Shown here in pieces: positions 1 through 6,960 of a stretch of DNA of 13,789 nucleotides (the first letter of the stretch is position 1; each line of letters begins with the position of its first letter). Under the pieces are notes generated by a model. That model made no database searches. It had not been told where the DNA came from and was given only the letters and a program-made list of their open reading frames with translations. This stretch comes from a virus (Duplodnaviria; Heunggongvirae; Uroviricota; Caudoviricetes), in IMG/VR virus record IMGVR_UViG_2568526722_000003, positions 1 through 13,789 of that record. One strand, 5' to 3'. The position numbers were made by a program, and so were the translations under genes.

Positions 1-161
1 TTTAACCAGGCCGTAACGCATTTGCATGCTATTGATTAGCCCGGTTGGCCCTAAACGGCGTATACTCAGGTAACGAGATACATTATCAGCAGTAAGCGAA
101 GAAGGCAGACCGCGCGCCGAGATCTCGATAAAGTCAATGTTTCCGTACAGGCATAGCGTCC

Positions 162-557
162 TCACATTTCATAGGTAATGACATAAGTCAGATCGGCTGA
201 ACTCCACAGGCCCGCATCATCGTCGCGCCGGTAGTCATAGCCGCTGGCCACCATACTGGTGATCAAATCTGACAGTGCCGGGATATCGCTCATCACCGGA
301 TAAATCCGGGACTCCATCCACGCATCCAGCTCTGAATCCGGCACCTGAGCAGGCAGGAAAACTTCGATATGCAGCTCCGCCTGCCAGGTATCGCTGTCCA
401 GCTCTTCGCCCGTGTATTCAGCGCCGGTGAGATAAACGGCAACTGCCGGAAAATCCGCCTCATCAAAAACAGCGGGGCGACCATCAAAAAACGTCGCCCC
501 GGTGTCATGCTTCTCCAGTGCATCCAGTACGGCTGCACGGAGTTCAGTATGTTTCAT
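162..557 (-). CDS. U: Minor tail protein U (lambda gpU), 131 aa
   Basis: Translation MKHTELRAAVLDALEKHDTGATFFDGRPAVFDEADFPAVAVYLTGAEYTGEELDSD... matches lambda gpU over full length as recalled; ATG start; 4-nt overlap with Z stop. Confidence 0.93.
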   Translation of the reverse strand: MKHTELRAAVLDALEKHDTGATFFDGRPAVFDEADFPAVAVYLTGAEYTGEELDSDTWQAELHIEVFLPAQVPDSELDAWMESRIYPVMSDIPALSDLITSMVASGYDYRRDDDAGLWSSADLTYVITYEM

Positions 558-1132
558 CGCTTTATTACCATCCTCAGTTGATGCTGCAGCGCATAGCCCA
601 GCTCTTTCGGAAGACGTTCACGCCGTATCCGTTCAATATTCTGTTTAAACGCCGTGGTCAGCGGCACCGCCATCGGGATTTTCACCACATCAATGGGGTA
701 ACGGTTTTTCCCGGCCACACGCTGCATAACATGCCACCGGCCGTTTTTCAGTTGCTGAATAAACGCGCCGGGAATACGACGGTTACCCACCACAAGCACA
801 CTGCCGCCACCTTTCAGGGCTGAACGCTGCCCCTTTTTACGACGCCTGCGTCGGGACAGGACAACCCGCGCGTTACCCAGCTTTATTACGGGCAAATCCC
901 CCCGGTTAACCTTGATTCTGGCCTGCGGATTTTTGACCGTGGCCCTTTTCAGCCTGGCCCTTTCCTTTACCAGTTTCCGGCGTACCTTTGTCTCACGGGC
1001 AACCTGTACCACCGACTGCGATATCGCGGATGAAGCAACGCGGTTAATGGCCATTGCGGCGGCACCGGGCACCGCCGTTCTGCTGATACGGCTGAGGTTT
1101 TCAACGGCCTGCTCAAGACCTTTTATGGCCAT
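554..1132 (-). CDS. Z: Tail completion protein Z (lambda gpZ), 192 aa
   Basis: Translation MAIKGLEQAVENLSRISRTAVPGAAAMAINRV... matches lambda gpZ as recalled; ATG at 1130-1132; lambda order FI-FII-Z-U preserved. Confidence 0.93.
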   Translation of the reverse strand: MAIKGLEQAVENLSRISRTAVPGAAAMAINRVASSAISQSVVQVARETKVRRKLVKERARLKRATVKNPQARIKVNRGDLPVIKLGNARVVLSRRRRRKKGQRSALKGGGSVLVVGNRRIPGAFIQQLKNGRWHVMQRVAGKNRYPIDVVKIPMAVPLTTAFKQNIERIRRERLPKELGYALQHQLRMVIKR

Positions 1133-1143
1133 ACATCCCCCTT

Positions 1144-1497
1144 TCAGCGGCGACGGTTAACGGCAGGCGGTACGCCCCGCCCAAGCCAGAGATGACAGCT
1201 TCCGCCATCATCCGGCGAAATCCGGTCTATCCAGAAGTTTTCCTCACCGATGGTCAGCGTGTCGCCGCGCCGCAGCTGCCGCACATCATCAGTCCGGACA
1301 AACAGGGACGGGCTGGAGCCTTCAACGCGCACGCCCTGTCCGGCATAGCTGATATTTTCAGGGTCATCAAAAACACCACGTATCACAGCACCGGACTGCT
1401 CACCGGATGTCATGGTGGCTGACGTTCCCATGTACCCGCGTATCGTTTCATCGGCGCAGGCAATGGCAGCATCGAACAGGTTATCGAAATCAGCCAC
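1144..1497 (-). CDS. FII: Head-tail joining protein FII (lambda gpFII), 117 aa
   Basis: Translation (M)ADFDNLFDAAIACADETIRGYMGTSATMTSGEQSG... matches lambda gpFII as recalled; start codon here is GTG, preceded by GGGAGG 6 nt upstream. Confidence 0.92.
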   Translation of the reverse strand: MADFDNLFDAAIACADETIRGYMGTSATMTSGEQSGAVIRGVFDDPENISYAGQGVRVEGSSPSLFVRTDDVRQLRRGDTLTIGEENFWIDRISPDDGGSCHLWLGRGVPPAVNRRR

Positions 1498-1508
1498 AGC
1501 GCCTCCCG

Positions 1509-1907
1509 TTATTGCATTCTGGCCAGGCCGCGCTCTGTCATTTCGGCTGCCACACCGGCAGAGACACGAAACGCCGTTCCCGGCAGCACAAATGCCACAG
1601 GTTCATCCCGCGTGGCGTGAAGTGCATCAGTATGCAGCTTCACCAGTGCCACGACCGTGACCAGTTCAGACGTATCCAGAATCACGGTATCCGGCTGCGC
1701 TGATCCCACCTCATTTTCATGTCCGGTCAGCACATTTTCCCGGCTGAGAGGGGTGTCCTGACCGGCAGTTTCATCCGTGTCATCAAGCTCCTCTTCCAGC
1801 TCTGCCACACGGAGCGCCAGTTCTTCTTTCGTCCCCGTCAGGCTGACATCACGGTTCAGTTGTTCACCCAGCGAGCGGAGACGGGCAATCAGTTCATCTT
1901 TCGTCAT
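1509..1907 (-). CDS. FI: DNA-packaging/head assembly protein FI (lambda gpFI), 132 aa
   Basis: The track ORF (1509..1946) contains MTKDELIARLRSLGEQLNRDVSLTGTKEELALRVAELEEELDDTDE..., the lambda gpFI sequence as recalled; real start is the ATG at 1905-1907 with GGAGGA Shine-Dalgarno; the upstream 13 codons are read-through of intergenic sequence. Confidence 0.9.
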   Translation of the reverse strand: MTKDELIARLRSLGEQLNRDVSLTGTKEELALRVAELEEELDDTDETAGQDTPLSRENVLTGHENEVGSAQPDTVILDTSELVTVVALVKLHTDALHATRDEPVAFVLPGTAFRVSAGVAAEMTERGLARMQ

Positions 1908-1948
1908 GGACTCCTCCACAGAGAAACAATGGCCCCGAAGGGCCATGA

Positions 1949-2046
1949 TTACGCCAGTTGTACGGACACGAACTCATCAGGGTCAGCCAGCAGCATCAGC
2001 GGTGCTGACTGAATCATGGTGAACTCACGCGCCGGATCCGCCAGAT
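1949..2046 (-). pseudogene. E: C-terminal remnant of major capsid gene E (last ~24 codons ...FTMIQSAPLMLLADPDEFVSVQLA*)
   Basis: Minus-strand frame just upstream of FI encodes FTMIQSAPLMLLADPDEFVSVQLA-stop, recalled as the gpE C-terminus; homology stops upstream where sequence switches to Nu1. Confidence 0.5.
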
Positions 2047-2202
2047 TTCGGCATACCATTTTATGACGGCGGCAGAGTCATAAAGCACCTCATTACCCTT
2101 GCCACCGCCTCGCAGAACGGGCATTCCCTGTTCCTGCCAGTTCTGAATGGTACGGATACTCGCACCGAAAATGTCAGCCAGCTGCTTTTTGTTGACTTCC
2201 AT
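2014..2202 (-). pseudogene. nu1: Terminase small subunit Nu1, N-terminal 52 codons only, fused to foreign tail (IWRIRRVSSP*)
   Basis: MEVNKKQLADIFGASIRTIQNWQEQGMPVLRGGGKGNEVLYDSAAVIKWYAE matches lambda Nu1 residues 1-52 as recalled; the next 10 codons are not Nu1 and run into the gene E remnant; junction around 2040-2047. Confidence 0.85.
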
Positions 2203-2379
2203 TGTTCATTCCACGGCCAAAAACAGAGAAAGGAAACGACAAAGGCCCAAAAGCTCGTTTTCAGCACCTGTCGTTTCCTTTCTTTTCAGGGGGTATTTTA
2301 AATAAAAACATTAAGTTACGACGAAGAAGAACGGAAACACCTTAAACCGGAAAATTTTCATAAATAGCAAAAACCCGCG

Positions 2380-2391
2380 AGGTCGCCGCCC
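2380..2391 (-). other. cos: cos site: 12-nt lambda cohesive end GGGCGGCGACCT (cosN core), with cosB/Nu1 leader on one side and lambda right-end sequence on the other
   Basis: Minus strand reads ...CCGGCGATCCGACAGGTTACG|GGGCGGCGACCT|CGCGGGTTTTTGCTATTTATGAAAATTTTCCGGTTTAAGG..., matching the joined lambda right and left ends as recalled; lies about 180 nt upstream of the Nu1 start. Confidence 0.85.
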
Positions 2392-2590
2392 CGTAACCTG
2401 TCGGATCGCCGGAAAGGACCCGCAAAATGATAATAATTATCATCTGCATGTCACAACGTGCATCTACGCCATCAAACCACGTCAAATAATCAATTATGAC
2501 GCAGGTATCATATTAATTGATCTGCATCAACTTAACGTAAAAACAACTTCAGACAATACAAATCAGCGACACTGAATACGGGACAACCTC

Positions 2591-2824
2591 ATGTCAACGA
2601 AGAACAGAACCCGCAGAACAACAACCCGCAACATCCGCTTTCCTAACCAAATGATTGAACAAATTAACATCGCTCTTGATCAAAAAGGGTCTGGGAACTT
2701 CTCAGCCTGGGTCATTGAAGCCTGCCGCCGAAGACTGTGCTCAGAAAAAAGAGTTTCGCCTGAAGCAAACAAAGAAAAGAGTGACATTACTGAATTGCTC
2801 AGAAAGCAGGTCAGACCAGATTGA
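2591..2824 (+). CDS. Small ribbon-helix-helix-like DNA-binding protein (77 aa), possibly YlcI/DUF3950-like
   Basis: ATG ORF; basic N-terminal tail (KNRTRRTTTR), then predicted beta-strand NIRFP and two helices (NQMIEQINIALDQ / FSAWVIEACRRRL), typical RHH topology; AT-rich; the family name is from memory and unverified. Confidence 0.55.
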   Translation: MSTKNRTRRTTTRNIRFPNQMIEQINIALDQKGSGNFSAWVIEACRRRLCSEKRVSPEANKEKSDITELLRKQVRPD

Positions 2825-2881
2825 AGCAATTTAGATAATCGTGCAGACTAGGTACCCTCATATCACATGGAAGGTACTACA

Positions 2882-3292
2882 ATGGCTCAGGTTGCCATTT
2901 TTAAACAAATATTCGATAAAGTGCGAAATAATTTAAACTATCACTGGTTTTATTCTGAACTAAAACGTCACAATGTCTCACATTACATTTACTATTTAGC
3001 CACAGAGAATATTCATCTTGTTCTTGAAAACGATAATACGGTTTTAATAAAAGGACAGGGTAAGGTTGTAAATGTAAGATTTTCAAAAAATAAATGCCTT
3101 ATAGAAGCCACATTAAAAGGATTCAAATCAGGAGAGTTATCATTTTACGAATACAGGAAAAATCTTGCTACAGCAGGGGTTTTCAGATGGATTACAAATA
3201 TCCACGAAAACAAAAGGTATTACTATACCTTTGATAATTCATTACTCTTTACTGAGAACATTCAGAACACTACACAAATATTTCCGCACTAA
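2882..3292 (+). CDS. AT-rich hypothetical protein (~137 aa), possibly DUF1398/YbcV-like moron
   Basis: Uninterrupted ORF; ATG at 2882 has a GGAAGG Shine-Dalgarno 7 nt upstream (the track start at 2867 has none); strongly AT-rich codon usage unlike the flanking phage genes; the family assignment is a recollection. Confidence 0.55.
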   Translation: MAQVAIFKQIFDKVRNNLNYHWFYSELKRHNVSHYIYYLATENIHLVLENDNTVLIKGQGKVVNVRFSKNKCLIEATLKGFKSGELSFYEYRKNLATAGVFRWITNIHENKRYYYTFDNSLLFTENIQNTTQIFPH

Positions 3293-3337
3293 ATCATAAC
3301 GTCCGGTTTCTTCCGTGCCAGAACCGGACTCGCTGGC

Positions 3338-3502
3338 ATGATGAAATATGTGTACCCGGTAACCCCGGTGTGCATCGTTTTTGATTATTCCCGCACACTC
3401 GCGCAGAAGGAGTTCCCCGTCGGGCTACGGTCTCTGTTAATACGGGAATACGGCGACGATACAGCGCATGATGTGTCAGGCTTGAATACCTTTATCCTTT
3501 AA
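3338..3502 (+). CDS. Possible small ORF, 54 aa (MMKYVYPVTPVCIVFDYSRTLAQKEFPVGLRSLLIREYGDDTAHDVSGLNTFIL)
   Basis: ATG-initiated ORF just under the 60-aa track cutoff; sits between a stem-loop (3301-3329) and hairpin element A; no clear Shine-Dalgarno. Confidence 0.2.
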   Translation: MMKYVYPVTPVCIVFDYSRTLAQKEFPVGLRSLLIREYGDDTAHDVSGLNTFIL

Positions 3503-3970
3503 AAGGGATATCAGTTAAGTTATCCCGTGTAGGGTATAAGCCATTATCAAAGCCACTCTGTAGGGAATGGCTTTTGTGATGGCATCACTTACTCTTTACG
3601 CTGCTATCCCACTCATCCCGGAATTTTGATGGGTTATTGAAACCTTCTGCTGACATAACAACTCCTTCAATGTTTGGCTGAAATTAGGATGTCTTTCCAT
3701 CAGTCCGCCACCACAAAGAATCTTTTTTGCCATAAGGCAGGAGGTTCATCTTTCAGTGGCTGCCGGTGTTATTTCCCCACTTACTGGCTTGGGTTGTTTC
3801 GTGGTACTGCCGTTAACTGGTGGCGCACAGATTTAGTTAAATCCGTTCTCGCCTGAACTATCTTTTACATACCCGGATTGTGGGGATGTAAATCACGGTT
3901 TCATTATCAAGCCCACCAGTAGATGGGCTTTGTAATGAAGAGTTGTTATGAAAATTGCTCTAAACAAGCA

Positions 3971-4459
3971 TTAATAGCCATCAGAAGTAATCGCTACAGA
4001 TTTCAATCCCTCAATGTCATCCTTGGACAGGGCGAACCATTCACCGTGCTTTCTCTTTGCGGCAAATTTGCGATGAAGCATGTTTTCAGTTTCTCTTCCA
4101 CCAGGGATCAGGCACTCAAGCTTCAAGCAGTCTGGTCCAGAGTTGCCAAGCGATTTGATGCGTTGTGGAATGTTGGATGAATACCCAATTTTGGTTAGCC
4201 CAGTTTTCTTCGATGACAAAACGTATACCTGAGGAGGTTCTTTTCTCTGGTCTTCCATTACACGTCTCATTGTTGCCATAAGTCCGCCGTGCATCAGCAT
4301 TTCAACAAAGAACGCTGACCGAACACCTGACGACTTAAGCATGCCAGAAAATTCACTTGCCAATTCCATTAACTCTGCGATGTTTTCAGGAACTTTTTGG
4401 CAGTTATCTTCCTTGTATAAGGAAATCATTCTTTGAAGCTTTTCTTCTAATTGGTTCAT
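3971..4459 (-). CDS. T5orf172 / GIY-YIG-like domain protein (~162 aa) with an unrecognised N-terminal region
   Basis: C-terminal half (VYVLSSKKTGLTKIGYSSNIPQRIKSLGNSGPDCLKLECLIPGGRETENMLHRKFAAKRKHGEWFALSKDDIEGL) fits the T5orf172/MUG113 pattern (YVYxL...KIG.T.N..RR...L...E..LH..F...R..GEWF); the track start at 4495 is GTG, the first ATG is at 4457-4459 (MNQLEEK...). Confidence 0.6.
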   Translation of the reverse strand: MNQLEEKLQRMISLYKEDNCQKVPENIAELMELASEFSGMLKSSGVRSAFFVEMLMHGGLMATMRRVMEDQRKEPPQVYVLSSKKTGLTKIGYSSNIPQRIKSLGNSGPDCLKLECLIPGGRETENMLHRKFAAKRKHGEWFALSKDDIEGLKSVAITSDGY

Positions 4460-4608
4460 AGCGTCTTTACCTTTTAGAAAGTGAGCCTGTCTCACAGAAA
4501 AGCCGCCCCGAGATGGTCGCCACCATATACGGCAGTTCTCAGGCTCAACTTTCTGAAAGGCTCGGGTGATGTAATATGCGCGTGAGATGCGCTGTGAAAT
4601 TCAGATGT

Positions 4609-4632
4609 AAAAAAAGCCCCGCATCGCGAGGC
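4609..4632 (-). terminator. Rho-independent terminator downstream of Rz/Rz1
   Basis: Minus strand GCCTCGCGATGCGGGGC (7-bp GC-rich stem with one G-U pair, 3-nt loop) followed by TTTTTTT, about 30 nt after the Rz stop. Confidence 0.6.
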
Positions 4633-4664
4633 TCATTAAATGGACTTTGTGATTTGCAAAAAAA

Positions 4665-5123
4665 TTATTTCAGGCATTGCGTCCTGATGTATTCCTGCAG
4701 GTAGTTAACCTGCGCGGTTATCTTGTCGATTCCACTTCGGAGACGGTAATAATTGAGTTCAGCATCTGCTGTAAGTCCTGGGCTTTCTCCATCGCCCATG
4801 CCGCTGGCTCCGGTCGTTGACTTTGCACAGGTGGCGGCGACTTGCAGGCGCTTACGCCCAGCAGAAACATCAGCACGGAGACTTTCGATAGTCGCGTTAG
4901 CATCAGCAAGCTCCTTTGTGTATCTTGCGTCGAGTTCTGCTACATCACGTTGACGCTTCCGCATGTCAGCGATGGTGGCGTTCGCCTTCTCCAGTTCACT
5001 GGCCTTGTTATCGCGCTGCTCTTTGTAGGCGATTGCGTTATCACGGTAATGATTAACAGCCCATGACAGGCAGACGATGATGCAGATACCCGGCACTACC
5101 TGCTGAGGTGCCATAGGCGACAC
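4665..5123 (-). CDS. Rz: Spanin inner-membrane subunit Rz (i-spanin), N-terminus chimeric
   Basis: From [19 protein letters not shown]...KELADA... onward resembles lambda Rz as recalled; the first ~12 codons (from a GTG start) are encoded within the holin stub in another frame. Confidence 0.7.
4718..4903 (-). CDS. Rz1: Spanin outer-membrane lipoprotein Rz1 (o-spanin), embedded in Rz in the +1 frame
   Basis: [36 protein letters not shown]...: signal peptide with lipobox (LGVSAC) followed by a proline-rich region, wholly inside Rz as in lambda Rz/Rz1; ATG at 4901-4903. Confidence 0.7.
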   Translation of the reverse strand: MLTRLSKVSVLMFLLGVSACKSPPPVQSQRPEPAAWAMEKAQDLQQMLNSIITVSEVESTR

Positions 5124-5151
5124 CCGTTGTTAACTTATCCATGGATTTCAT
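5059..5151 (-). pseudogene. Holin remnant: first ~22 codons of a phage-21/DLP12 EssD-type holin ([22 protein letters not shown]), then out-of-frame read into Rz and stop
   Basis: ATG at 5149-5151 with GAGGTG Shine-Dalgarno; N-terminus matches S21/EssD as recalled; after ~22 codons the sequence continues as Rz in another frame; no endolysin ORF lies between holin and Rz. Confidence 0.65.
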
Positions 5152-5260
5152 AACCCCACCTCGCAGACAAAGCGGGTGTAAATTGAGGGAATACTACGAA
5201 ACGTAACAGACTCGGAGTCAGTGAATAACTCAGGTATTGGGTTATCAGCTAATATCGAGA

Positions 5261-5296
5261 CTCAAAAAATGGAAAAACCCACTCGACGGCGGGTTT
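5261..5296 (-). terminator. Candidate intrinsic terminator on the late-operon strand upstream of the holin stub
   Basis: Minus strand AAACCC-gccgtcgagt-GGGTTT followed by TTCCATTTTTTGAG. Confidence 0.3.
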
Positions 5297-5724
5297 AAGC
5301 TGTGTGACGAAGTAACCACTCTTAACAGCATAACCAATTTTTTACGTACGTAAACCACTAAATGATATTTGCGAGAATGCTACCGAGTATTGAAAACACC
5401 ACTACAAATACATAAGCAAATCTCAACAAATAACCAACAAATAATTCCCAGTGTTATTTTTAGCCGATTTAAATTGAACCTTCAAATCATAGAGCACTTA
5501 TAAATAACAACCGTTAATATAAATTGGCTAATAGATTTATTTTTATTCAGCCAAGAGCCATGAATAGGATTCGATAGAAAAAAGTTCAGATAAAAATAGA
5601 GATCTACTTCACAAATCAAACGAGAAACCAAAACTTACATCTTGAAATAATCATATTGATTAGATGAATATTTATCGCGCAGTGACATCATTTTTTAATA
5701 ATAGTTCAAAAAAAAGGGCTCACG

Positions 5725-6822
5725 ATGAAAAAATTAACAGTGGCAATTTCTGCTGTAGCTGCATCAGTACTGATGGCGATGTCTGCTCAGGCAGCTGAAA
5801 TTTATAATAAAGACAGTAACAAGCTGGATCTGTACGGGAAAGTTAATGCTAAGCACTACTTCTCCTCTAATGATGCAGATGATGGTGATACTACTTATGC
5901 CCGTCTTGGCTTCAAAGGTGAAACCCAAATCAACGATCAACTGACTGGTTTCGGTCAGTGGGAATATGAATTCAAAGGCAACCGCGCTGAATCTCAAGGT
6001 TCCTCCAAAGATAAAACCCGTCTTGCCTTCGCTGGCCTGAAATTCGGTGACTACGGCTCCATCGATTACGGCCGTAACTACGGTGTAGCATACGACATCG
6101 GTGCGTGGACTGACGTTCTGCCAGAATTCGGTGGCGATACCTGGACCCAAACAGATGTGTTCATGACTGGTCGCACCACTGGTGTTGCAACCTATCGTAA
6201 CAACGACTTCTTTGGTCTGGTTGATGGTCTGAACTTTGCTGCTCAGTACCAAGGCAAAAACGATCGTAGCGATTTCGATAACTACACCGAAGGTAACGGT
6301 GATGGCTTCGGTTTCTCTGCTACCTATGAATACGAAGGATTCGGTATCGGTGCAACTTATGCGAAATCTGATCGTACCGACACTCAAGTTAATGCAGGGA
6401 AAGTTCTTCCTGAAGTATTTGCTTCCGGTAAAAATGCAGAAGTTTGGGCCGCAGGTCTGAAATATGACGCTAACAACATTTACCTGGCCACTACCTATTC
6501 TGAAACCCAGAATATGACTGTATTTGCTGATCACTTCGTTGCTAATAAAGCTCAAAACTTCGAAGCTGTTGCACAATATCAGTTCGATTTCGGTCTGCGT
6601 CCGTCCGTTGCTTACCTGCAATCTAAAGGTAAGGATCTTGGAGTATGGGGCGATCAGGACTTAGTCAAATATGTTGATGTAGGTGCAACCTATTACTTCA
6701 ACAAAAATATGTCTACTTTCGTTGATTACAAAATCAACCTGCTTGACAAAAATGACTTCACTAAAGCACTCGGTGTAAGCACTGATGACATCGTTGCTGT
6801 AGGTCTGGTTTACCAGTTCTAA
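5725..6822 (+). CDS. nmpC: OmpC-family outer-membrane porin (NmpC / phage Lc type), 365 aa, intact
   Basis: Signal peptide [23 protein letters not shown]|AEIYNKD, porin motifs and C-terminal ...VAVGLVYQF; full-length and uninterrupted; opposite orientation to Q and the lysis genes, as for DLP12 nmpC and PA-2 lc. Confidence 0.9.
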   Translation: MKKLTVAISAVAASVLMAMSAQAAEIYNKDSNKLDLYGKVNAKHYFSSNDADDGDTTYARLGFKGETQINDQLTGFGQWEYEFKGNRAESQGSSKDKTRLAFAGLKFGDYGSIDYGRNYGVAYDIGAWTDVLPEFGGDTWTQTDVFMTGRTTGVATYRNNDFFGLVDGLNFAAQYQGKNDRSDFDNYTEGNGDGFGFSATYEYEGFGIGATYAKSDRTDTQVNAGKVLPEVFASGKNAEVWAAGLKYDANNIYLATTYSETQNMTVFADHFVANKAQNFEAVAQYQFDFGLRPSVAYLQSKGKDLGVWGDQDLVKYVDVGATYYFNKNMSTFVDYKINLLDKNDFTKALGVSTDDIVAVGLVYQF

Positions 6823-6830
6823 TCTGATTA

Positions 6831-6872
6831 CGAAAAAGATATGTTGCGGGAGGCTTTGCCTCCCCAACATAT
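6831..6872 (-). terminator. Candidate late terminator (tR'-like) downstream of Q on the minus strand
   Basis: Minus strand ATATGTTGGGGAGGC-aaag-GCCTCCCGCAACATAT (about 15-bp stem) followed by CTTTTTCG; about 140 nt downstream of the Q stop. Confidence 0.45.
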
Positions 6873-6960
6873 AAGTGGCTCCCTCAAGCCACTTCCTTTA
6901 GGAGCACAACCTTGCTTCTAACTATATAAACCTTCTGTTATATATTACCCTTTATTTTTG

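Noticed and set aside
293-2022. Multiple antisense or alternate-frame ORFs across the U-Z-FII-FI block (293-538, 369-581, 518-823, 912-1160, 1192-1422, 1407-1703, 1412-1660, 1719-2012, 1777-2022)
   Set aside because: They overlap confidently identified tail genes on the other strand or frame; GC-rich coding DNA commonly produces such frames.
2014-2267. 68-aa minus-strand ORF 2061-2267 overlapping the Nu1 start region
   Set aside because: Alternate frame across the Nu1 leader and cosB; the Nu1 frame is the one supported by homology.
3674-3856. 60-aa plus-strand ORF (TTG start) in the structured intergenic region
   Set aside because: Starts at TTG with no RBS; Cys/Trp/Phe-rich translation looks non-protein-like. 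The AGGAGG inside it is better explained by the short GTG mini-ORF in another frame, reported as a low-confidence finding.
5764-6621. 285-aa ORF on the minus strand inside the porin gene
   Set aside because: It is antisense to a full-length, clearly recognisable porin with signal peptide; the translation is low-complexity with no Shine-Dalgarno; read as a chance open frame in AT/GC-skewed coding sequence.
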